The translations under genes were made by a program, and so were the position numbers. Positions 17,497-24,729 of a stretch of 24,729 nt of DNA are shown in pieces (the stretch's first letter is position 1; each line of letters opens with the position of its first letter). The notes beneath the pieces are model-generated. The model was not told the origin of the DNA, made no database searches, and was given only the letters and a program-made list of their open reading frames with translations. Source of the stretch: Candidatus Thorarchaeota archaeon (GTDB taxonomy: Archaea; Asgardarchaeota; Thorarchaeia; Thorarchaeales; Thorarchaeaceae); assembly GCA_003345595.1 (NCBI GenBank), contig PRDI01000087.1, positions 1-24,729 of the forward strand. Reading direction: 5' to 3'.

Positions 17497-17529
17497 GGAG
17501 GAGAAAAGCAGAGCCCTGCCGGGCTCCGC
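17497..17529 (-). terminator. Hairpin (GNRA loop) plus pyrimidine tract after oppB
   Basis: Minus strand gcggagccc-ggca-gggctctgc-ttttctcctccc. Confidence 0.6.
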
Positions 17530-17546
17530 GCTTCACGTCAGCTTTT

Positions 17547-18605
17547 CTATGCGTACTTGATGCGTGGATCGAGCACACCATACAGCAAGTCTGCCACGAA
17601 GTTTGCCAGAATCGCAGTGATGGCGATGATCATGAATATTGCCTGTACAACCGGATAGTCCAGTTGGAATAGGCTGGTGAAGATGTATCTCCCTAAGCCG
17701 TACCATGTGAACACCGTTTCAGTCAGTGTGGCTCCATTAATGAGAAAGCCAAACGTGAGAGCGATTACCGTGACCATCGGCAACAGTGCATTCTTCAGGC
17801 CATGCTTGTATAGAACTTGGTTCTCATCTAGCCCCTTGGCCCTCGCCGTCAGGATGTAGTCTTCCGTCATCACGTCGATGAGGTTGTTGCGCATGTAGAG
17901 GAAGTAACCACCATAGCCGCCAACACCAAGAGCGATCATTGGAAGGAACAGGTGGTGAAGGATGTCTCCAGCCATGATGAGACCTCCGAACGGGCTGTCC
18001 TTTATTGTCGGCCATAGCTCGGTGTCAATTGTGCCGTAGAGGGGAAACGATATCAATCCACCTGTAACTGACGGCAAGTAGACCGCGAAGATCATCAACA
18101 GCATCATTCCAAACCAGAAGATTGGGAGAGCATAGATGAACAGCGCCACAGTCACCGCACTGACATCCTTCCGAGAACCGGGGTCAGCAGCGACCTTCAC
18201 ACCAGTCCAGATGCCCAGCATGATTGCTACAAGAGATGAAGTCCCCATCAGCAGCAAGGTGTTAGGCAGTCGTCCCATTATCTCATCTATGACAGGTTGT
18301 CCACTTATGAAGGACAGACCGAAGTTGCCTGTGAACATGTTGACCAGGTAGCGCCAGAACATGTAGATCCAGTCGAAGATGTCCGGGTCAGGCACTAGGC
18401 CAAATCTGAAGTAGAGCTGCTCAAGCATATCTCGCGTGAGATTGCGTCGCATCTCCTCACTTATCATCAGGTCCACAGGGCTGACGCCAAGTACAAGTGT
18501 TGGGAGTCTGAAGAGAAAGAAGTTGAAACATACCACAGCCACAATGAGTAGAAACATGTAGATGCTTCGTCTGATGACGTACTCTCGCAGACCCATTCTT
18601 GTCAC
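17547..18605 (-). CDS. oppB: Peptide ABC permease DppB/OppB; start probably ATG18596
   Basis: YVIRR, GNFGLS, RLPNTL, PIFWFG, HLFLP, EDYILTARAKGL, KHGLKNA, ETVFTWYGLG, DYPVVQ, LDPRIK. Confidence 0.93.
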   Translation of the reverse strand: MTRMGLREYVIRRSIYMFLLIVAVVCFNFFLFRLPTLVLGVSPVDLMISEEMRRNLTRDMLEQLYFRFGLVPDPDIFDWIYMFWRYLVNMFTGNFGLSFISGQPVIDEIMGRLPNTLLLMGTSSLVAIMLGIWTGVKVAADPGSRKDVSAVTVALFIYALPIFWFGMMLLMIFAVYLPSVTGGLISFPLYGTIDTELWPTIKDSPFGGLIMAGDILHHLFLPMIALGVGGYGGYFLYMRNNLIDVMTEDYILTARAKGLDENQVLYKHGLKNALLPMVTVIALTFGFLINGATLTETVFTWYGLGRYIFTSLFQLDYPVVQAIFMIIAITAILANFVADLLYGVLDPRIKYA

Positions 18606-18786
18606 TCCTGCGTTTACTATTGTGACAGTACCTAGCCTGACAATGTACTGACAGTATAGTGGAAGCTTGGGTCCCTAATAAGCCTGATGTTCAGAGAAAT
18701 CATGGCGACCTAGCAAGCTGATTCGACAGGGTCCTACAAGGATGGGAGTCCGGGCCCAGTGGGCCCAGACAGTACGGTGAGAGATT

Positions 18787-20367
18787 CTACCGCTCCCGAA
18801 GCCGCGGGTTGAGAACCTGATCAAGGGTGTGGCCAACAAATGTGAAAGCCAATGAAAGGCTTGTGATCATCAATCCAGGGAAGACCACAACCCACCACGC
18901 CCCATTGGAGAATCCCCCAGAGCCCTGAGCATCTGCGAGCATTCGTCCCCAGCTGGGTTTGCTCGGATCGGTCAAACCGAGAAAAGCCAGCCCCGACTCA
19001 GACAGGATCGCGCCCACAACACCCAGCGTGATGTTCGCGAAGAGGATCGGTGTGACATTGGGTAGCACGTGTCTAAAGATGATGTAAGTGTCTGAAGCTC
19101 CGATAGCCCTCGCAGACTCCACGTAGGCCTTATTCTTCTCGGCCATGACTTGCGATCTAATCAGGCGCGAAGTGCCCGTCCACCCTAATATTGCTATGAC
19201 AATGATAATGTTCTCAACGGTCGGTCCTAAGAATGCGGCCAAGACCATCATCAGCGGCAGACCGGGAATGACCAACAGGAAGTCAACGACACGCATTAGT
19301 ACCTCGTCTACCTTGCCGCCGAAGTAACCAGCCACCAGACCTACTATCACGCCGACGACTGTTGAGAGAGCAGTCGCAAGGACACCAATTGTCAGAGAAA
19401 CGCGAGAACCATAGATAAGCTGGCTCCAAGCGTCAGCACCCTTGTCTGTCGTTCCAAGAAGTCCGTAATAGTTCCCATAGCAGAACACGCTCAGCTTTGA
19501 AACCTTGGCGGTGACTGAGCCGTTATAGGTCCTCCATGGAAACTCACCCCCGAAGTACCTGAACTCCTTCGTAGGAGCGAGGCCTACTCCAATCGTCAGG
19601 AGATCGGTCGGGTCCTCTGGCTGAGCACCTGTCACCGGGTCTGGTACCATTCCACCCCAGCCAGCAAGGATATCAAACCAACTCAGGTCAATGTTTCGGC
19701 TCTGCGTTACAGAAGAGTAAGGCGGGAACGACTTGTAGACCATCTTCCAATTCCCAGACGAGTCTATTAGCCAGATGTATAGTTTGAACATCAGGCCGCC
19801 ATTCTCATTAGTGGAGAAGTTACCAGTCGTTGTCATGGAGAACTCAATGGTAATATTGACATCGTTGGGCATCTTCTCGGGGGTCCATTCGAGTGTTTTA
19901 TTGAAGAACACGAAGTCGCGGCAATCAGGCATATCACTCAAGGGGATTGGCGGGACAACGAAGTCAAGTGGGTGATAGGCCTCATGAGTCCAAGTAAGAT
20001 TCACATAACTAGGGTCAGAGCTGCCTGTCGAGGCGTGGTGAGCATAGCTGAATTCATCCGGGCTTCCTCTGTACTCGAACACGGGTGCATCTGCCAGATA
20101 TGGGTCAGTCATATACTCTTTCGAAACCACTGCATTTGGGTCAAAGACCTGCATCCAAACTGGAGCCATGAAGGTAGGAGCAATCGTCGCGCCTGGAGAA
20201 GGATCGTTAGTAGCAATCCATGGTGCGCCCACAGCCATCACAAGGAAAAAGAACATCAAGATGATTCCAAAGACTCCAATTCGGTGTTTGCGGTACTCTC
20301 TGAAGAAACCGCTCATACTGACGTACCAGTTGCTGTCTTTCCAGCTACCCCTTCGCGTTTCGGACAA
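18787..20367 (-). CDS. oppC: Second DppC/OppC-like permease with large extracellular insert
   Basis: TTG start with GGAGGT RBS; same motifs as 15758..17365. Confidence 0.92.
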   Translation of the reverse strand: MSETRRGSWKDSNWYVSMSGFFREYRKHRIGVFGIILMFFFLVMAVGAPWIATNDPSPGATIAPTFMAPVWMQVFDPNAVVSKEYMTDPYLADAPVFEYRGSPDEFSYAHHASTGSSDPSYVNLTWTHEAYHPLDFVVPPIPLSDMPDCRDFVFFNKTLEWTPEKMPNDVNITIEFSMTTTGNFSTNENGGLMFKLYIWLIDSSGNWKMVYKSFPPYSSVTQSRNIDLSWFDILAGWGGMVPDPVTGAQPEDPTDLLTIGVGLAPTKEFRYFGGEFPWRTYNGSVTAKVSKLSVFCYGNYYGLLGTTDKGADAWSQLIYGSRVSLTIGVLATALSTVVGVIVGLVAGYFGGKVDEVLMRVVDFLLVIPGLPLMMVLAAFLGPTVENIIIVIAILGWTGTSRLIRSQVMAEKNKAYVESARAIGASDTYIIFRHVLPNVTPILFANITLGVVGAILSESGLAFLGLTDPSKPSWGRMLADAQGSGGFSNGAWWVVVFPGLMITSLSLAFTFVGHTLDQVLNPRLRER

Positions 20368-20527
20368 AAATTGACCTCCGTCTTTAGAGTAGTAGACGAG
20401 CGACTTCTTTCGCGCTGGACCTCAACACGTCGCTCCTTTTCGGTTCAAACGCCAGCCCGCATGGGGAAGTCCCTTAAAAAACAGTTTGGTCCGAGTAAGC
20501 CAACATGACATGAGCCAAATGCTTCGC

Positions 20528-20845
20528 CTAGTCCTCTTCCCTACCAACTTCCTCCTCGAACGGGTCTTGGCCAGTCGCGTCAGCCTTGGCAGATGAACTC
20601 CTCGCCTGTCGGGCTTTGATTATGTCCTTTGTTCTCCTGGAGGCGGCCCATAGATCTGCAAAGACCATGCCTACCAGAAAGATGGATAGGACACCTGCCA
20701 GCGAAATCACAGCTCCAATGAAGCCTGTGGAAAACCACGGATGCATGTACACCAACAGCATACCCACGAGAATCAGTACAACTGGCACAAGGAGTATGCG
20801 CTTGCGAGGCTCGCGGTGTGTTTCAGGAAACGCCCTTACTGACAT
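20528..20845 (-). CDS. Small hypothetical membrane protein (2 TM, charged tail)
   Basis: Two hydrophobic segments, basic then acidic C-terminus; fills an intergenic gap. Confidence 0.6.
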   Translation of the reverse strand: MSVRAFPETHREPRKRILLVPVVLILVGMLLVYMHPWFSTGFIGAVISLAGVLSIFLVGMVFADLWAASRRTKDIIKARQARSSSAKADATGQDPFEEEVGREED

Positions 20846-21122
20846 ATCACTTGGGCGAGTGGATGAATACTGCTTTTACTCTTTTCTACCCGGTCGCCCA
20901 TCGACCATACACTCTAGCACTTTGTCCCAGCCCAATGTCCGTCACTTGACTGAGCTTCCTTCGATAGCTCGTCTGAGGCGGCTCATCCTTTGCGAATATA
21001 CAGGTCTGCCGCATGTCGTCGAAAGGAACATATTTAAGCCGACTGAAAAGCATCGACACTCCTGAAGGGTGAGTAAGGACCACACCCATGGTGACTTGAG
21101 AGCCCCGGCGGAGAATACCAAC

Positions 21123-22112
21123 ATGCCTTTGCTCGATATCAGATCCCTACGCATGTACTATCAGACACAAAAAGGTCTGGTCAAGGCTGTAGACAATGTT
21201 TCGCTACAACTGGAGGCGGGTGAGTCCCTTGGTCTCGCAGGCGAAAGTGGTTGCGGGAAGAGTAGCTTGGCGTACAGTGTCATGCAGCTTCTGCCGCCAG
21301 CCGCGAACATCGTTGGCGGTAACTGCTATTTCAAGGGTGAAGACCTTCTGCGAAAGAACGCAAGGGAAATGCGTGACATCAGATGGAAGAACGTCGCTAT
21401 CGTCTTCCAAGGAGCTATGAACGCTCTTAACCCGGTGTTTGAAATCGGTGACCAGATTGCGGAAGCCATTTTGATGCACGAGAACGTGACCGAGGAGGAG
21501 GCGCTAGACCGCTGCGCGAAACTGTTCGAGATGGTCGGGCTTGACCCGGGGCGTATTCACAACTACCCGCATGAGTTCAGTGGAGGAATGCGTCAAAGAG
21601 CCATGATCGCTATGGCGCTCGCCTGTAACCCGGACTTGGTCATCGCGGACGAGCCGACGACAGCACTGGACGTCACAATTCAAGCTCAGATACTGAAGCT
21701 CATGCAGAAGCTGCAGAAGGACTTGGGGCTCTCGCTCATGCTGATCACCCACGACCTTAGCGTGATCGCTGAAACCTGTGACAAGGTCGCAATCATGTAT
21801 GCGGGACGGATCGCAGAACTGGCAGATGTCGTGTCGGTCTTTAAGGACCCAATCCATCCGTATGCCACCGGACTCGTGGGCGCTATCCCAAGTATGGTGA
21901 AAGCTGAGAAGAAGACACTCAGCTCAATCCCAGGTTCTCCACCTGATCTTATTGACCCGCCAACTGGCTGTAGATTCCATCCTCGGTGCCCATATTCCCA
22001 AGACATATGTGTCAGGGAGGAACCCAGCTTCGATGAGATTGAACCAGGCAGATTCGTTTCTTGTCACTTCGCTGCGAAGCTCAAGGGCCAGATCAAGTTG
22101 GAACTGGATTAG
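21123..22112 (+). CDS. oppD: Peptide ABC ATPase DppD/OppD
   Basis: GESGCGKS, YPHEFSGGMRQR, IADEPTTALD, ITHD, C-terminal PTGCRFHPRC..C..CH; ATG21123 preceded by GGAG. Confidence 0.95.
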   Translation: MPLLDIRSLRMYYQTQKGLVKAVDNVSLQLEAGESLGLAGESGCGKSSLAYSVMQLLPPAANIVGGNCYFKGEDLLRKNAREMRDIRWKNVAIVFQGAMNALNPVFEIGDQIAEAILMHENVTEEEALDRCAKLFEMVGLDPGRIHNYPHEFSGGMRQRAMIAMALACNPDLVIADEPTTALDVTIQAQILKLMQKLQKDLGLSLMLITHDLSVIAETCDKVAIMYAGRIAELADVVSVFKDPIHPYATGLVGAIPSMVKAEKKTLSSIPGSPPDLIDPPTGCRFHPRCPYSQDICVREEPSFDEIEPGRFVSCHFAAKLKGQIKLELD

Positions 22113-22123
22113 GAGGATAGACA

Positions 22124-23185
22124 ATGACAACAGAAGAAGGCAGATACCTAACCCAGATTGCTGAGGTGTCCGAGGGACAGACTCTAGTTGCGGTAAAGGC
22201 CATGCGTAAGTGGTTCCCAGTCAACACGGGATTTCTCTCATCACTACTGTACAAGCAAGAGATGTACGTCAGAGCCGTGGACGGCGTCACCTTCGACATC
22301 AAGAAAGGTGAAATCCTTGTTCTTGCCGGCGAGTCTGGCTGTGGCAAGACAACAACTGGAAGATGCGTTCTCTACCTAGAGACTCCCACAGACGGCCAAG
22401 TTGTATACTCGGGAGTGGATCTCGCTACACTGGACAGAGCTGAGATGAAAGAACTCAGGAAGAGAATGCAGATCACCTTCCAAGACCCCTACGAATCGTT
22501 GAACCCCAAGCAGAGCATATTCAGCATCGTTGCCGAGCCGCTCACTGTCCACAAGATACCAATGACTCCCAGTCAAAGAAGGCAGAGGGTTCTGGAGGTG
22601 CTCGAGAGTGTTGCACTCACTCCAGCTGAAGACTTCATTGACAGATATCCCCACGAGCTATCTGGTGGGCAGCGACAGAGGATATCCGTTGCAAGAGCTT
22701 TGATCCTTCACCCAGAGTTCATGGTTGCTGACGAACCAGTTTCAATGCTGGATGTATCAATCAGAGCCGAGATCCTCAACCTGCTGTTGAAGCTCAGAAA
22801 GGACTTGGGTCTGACCTATCTCTTCATCACCCACGATCTTGCTGTGGCAACATACATTGCAGATCGAATAGCTATCATGTATCTAGGCAGAATCATGGAG
22901 ATAGGGCCTGCCCACGACGTGGCCTTCAGTCCCATGCATCCCTACACACGAGCATTGATCTCAGCTGTACCTTCCGGAGACCCGACAGTGAAGCGTCGTG
23001 TCGAATCGCTGAAAGGTGAGCCACCGAGCCCAATCAATGTTCCTCCGGGTTGTAGATTCCATCCAAGGTGTCCATATGCTCAGGAGATATGCGTCAGGGA
23101 GGTACCTGCAGACCGGGACATGGGTAGCGAGCACTATGTCGCATGCCATTTCGCTGGCGAGCTAGGCGAAAGTCCAATAGTGTGA
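22124..23185 (+). CDS. oppF: Peptide ABC ATPase DppF/OppF
   Basis: GESGCGKTT, FQDPYESLNP, YPHELSGGQRQR, ADEPVSMLD, PPGCRFHPRC; AGGAGG RBS. Confidence 0.95.
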   Translation: MTTEEGRYLTQIAEVSEGQTLVAVKAMRKWFPVNTGFLSSLLYKQEMYVRAVDGVTFDIKKGEILVLAGESGCGKTTTGRCVLYLETPTDGQVVYSGVDLATLDRAEMKELRKRMQITFQDPYESLNPKQSIFSIVAEPLTVHKIPMTPSQRRQRVLEVLESVALTPAEDFIDRYPHELSGGQRQRISVARALILHPEFMVADEPVSMLDVSIRAEILNLLLKLRKDLGLTYLFITHDLAVATYIADRIAIMYLGRIMEIGPAHDVAFSPMHPYTRALISAVPSGDPTVKRRVESLKGEPPSPINVPPGCRFHPRCPYAQEICVREVPADRDMGSEHYVACHFAGELGESPIV

Positions 23186-23263
23186 CACGTTCCTGCCACT
23201 TTCACGATGATTGCGCTAAGCGTTCAGTGCATGTGCCGTCGATAATCACTGGGAGGCAAAAAG

Positions 23264-23692
23264 GTGTCAGAACGACCGAGAGTATTGAAGGCCATAAGGA
23301 AGTGCCTCTCAGACGCTCACAGCTCCTTCCAGGAAGCCATGGATGTACTGGATGATATGGGGAGAGGATCGGTCGGAGTGGGGATGACTCCACTTGTTGG
23401 GGGGTTCGCCATGAAGGATCCCAAGAGTGGCTACAGAACAGCCCTCATAAGCCTGGATTCTGCGGAAAAGGCACTTCAACCTCTAGCTGTCCGCTTACGT
23501 GATGGCAGGGTCAACGCAACCCACTTCAAAGAGGAGCGTGCTATGAGCCTGCTTGGAGACCTGATCAATTTCGACTACGGCGTACTGATTAGCATGTTGT
23601 CTGAACGACGAGGAAGAGAGTCTGTGTGGTATCGACTGAGTGAACTCAGCAAGATAGCTGAGGAAGCCTATCAGCTGGTTTCGACAGAGTAA
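23264..23692 (+). CDS. Hypothetical alpha-helical protein
   Basis: 142-aa ORF, GTG start with GGGAGG RBS, amphipathic helical pattern. Confidence 0.7.
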   Translation: MSERPRVLKAIRKCLSDAHSSFQEAMDVLDDMGRGSVGVGMTPLVGGFAMKDPKSGYRTALISLDSAEKALQPLAVRLRDGRVNATHFKEERAMSLLGDLINFDYGVLISMLSERRGRESVWYRLSELSKIAEEAYQLVSTE

Positions 23693-23782
23693 TCCGTAGC
23701 TTACCTCATACCAGCTGACAAACGTAATAACGCTAACGTATCTATGGGCAATTGAAAGCCAGAAGGGTGTGAGAGAGCATCT

Positions 23783-24454
23783 ATGACTATACAACCTAGT
23801 GAGGAAGAGCTCTTCACACAGCTTCGCAGAGCCTCCCGCGTTCTTGAGCGGATGATTCAGTCGGTGCCCCGTATTAGCAGTGAACTGGGCCGCATGAAAC
23901 AGAACCATGCCTTGAGAGAACCACCGACCCAAGTCGTTTACAAGCGTCATAATCCGCGAACCATCGTGTGCATCACCTCAGCTCTCATCCAGAATGATCC
24001 GATCGCGGCAGCGTTGTCACACATCACACACACTTCCTCCATGCCATCTCTGCTACGGGCTGACGATCCCGCCGAATCACCAGATACCTGCGAAACTATC
24101 GTGGACACTCTATTGCCTGAGGTCATGAAACTAAGTGGCGATATTCTCGTTATCAATTTGAAGTATAGCCCCATGTCAGACCGTTTCGAGAATCTCAAGG
24201 CCGGCATAATCGGAACAAGATACATACTGGCAAGGAAAGACAAGCTCGAATCAATAGGGATTGGAATCAGAGGCGCGGGCATGGAAGTCTTCTATGATGA
24301 TGGTTTCTATGGTGGAGGGCTTCTTGCATACAGCTTGGTGAAAGCACTCAACAAGAAAGCCGACGCTACTGTAGTAGAAGTCACTCTCTCCAGGACTGCA
24401 GCTGAGAGTGCAACTGTAATCCAGTCCCTGCTTCGGGCAGTCACATCAGTCTAG
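23783..24454 (+). CDS. Hypothetical protein; N-terminal helix/coiled coil plus a possibly degenerate N-formylglutamate-amidohydrolase/Zn-peptidase-like fold
   Basis: 223-aa ORF; C-terminal FYGGGLL...VVEVTLSR resembles the F-x-GG..QxE-x-R pattern; no obvious His ligands. Confidence 0.6.
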   Translation: MTIQPSEEELFTQLRRASRVLERMIQSVPRISSELGRMKQNHALREPPTQVVYKRHNPRTIVCITSALIQNDPIAAALSHITHTSSMPSLLRADDPAESPDTCETIVDTLLPEVMKLSGDILVINLKYSPMSDRFENLKAGIIGTRYILARKDKLESIGIGIRGAGMEVFYDDGFYGGGLLAYSLVKALNKKADATVVEVTLSRTAAESATVIQSLLRAVTSV

Positions 24455-24458
24455 GTGC

Positions 24459-24729
24459 ATGACCATGCCAGTGGAGCTTCCTGATGAGAAGGAAACGACT
24501 CTGCCGTTTCCCCACGGTATCGAGGTTGAGCTCCAAGTCATTAGAAAAGACGGCTCGTGGATGAGAGGAGACGAGATCCTCACTGTCTTTGACAAAATGG
24601 TATCGGGAGCCAAGGGGCTACTAGACAAGAGAATACGTGCCGCGCAAGTGGACTCCGTGAAAAGGAAGTACAAACAGTCGTCCCAGACCGAAGAGGGCGA
24701 GAGAGGGTCAAGAGTTGTTGCAAGCTATG
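24459..24729 (+). CDS. Partial gene, probable glutamate-cysteine ligase-2 / carboxylate-amine ligase family; absent from ORF track
   Basis: MTMPVELPDEKETTLPFPHGIEVELQVIRKDG.. open to window end; GIEVELQV matches the N-terminal G-x-E-x-E strand of GS-fold ligases. Confidence 0.55.
   Translation, partial: MTMPVELPDEKETTLPFPHGIEVELQVIRKDGSWMRGDEILTVFDKMVSGAKGLLDKRIRAAQVDSVKRKYKQSSQTEEGERGSRVVASY

Noticed and set aside
18752-18768. Tandem GGGCCCAG repeat
   Set aside because: Two short GC-rich copies, compatible with chance
19972-21154. Long alternative ORFs 19972..20508, 20586..21065, 20886..21089, 20942..21154
   Set aside because: Overlap better-supported genes or the divergent promoter; no protein-like motifs
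24446-24673. Minus-strand 75-aa ORF
   Set aside because: Antisense to the plus-strand ligase-like gene starting at 24459

Overview
Gene-dense archaeal chromosomal window. The archaeal call rests on TATA/BRE-like promoters, a histone, a bifunctional PGI/PMI and C-terminally anchored binding proteins. The gene style suggests an Asgard/Thorarchaeota-like genome, but that is inference. Left to right: partial threonine synthase; a ChlI/ChlD-type AAA+ ORF and a membrane-anchored vWA ORF that appear to be one chlD-like gene split at an A9 slippery site with a downstream hairpin (candidate programmed -1 frameshift); a ~110-nt structured RNA candidate; a PurM-like protein overlapping convergent surE; a 56-aa histone-fold gene missing from the ORF track; wecB; a HAD hydrolase; a Cys-rich ATC-hydrolase/V4R-like protein; PGI/PMI. 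Next is a 13-kb Opp/Dpp peptide ABC locus with two circularly permuted, C-anchored binding proteins flanking a presenilin/SPP-type GxGD protease, two DppC paralogs with large extracellular inserts, one DppB and divergent DppD/F. The window ends with two hypotheticals and the start of a GCS2/carboxylate-amine-ligase-like gene. I found no rRNA, tRNA, CRISPR array or mobile element.
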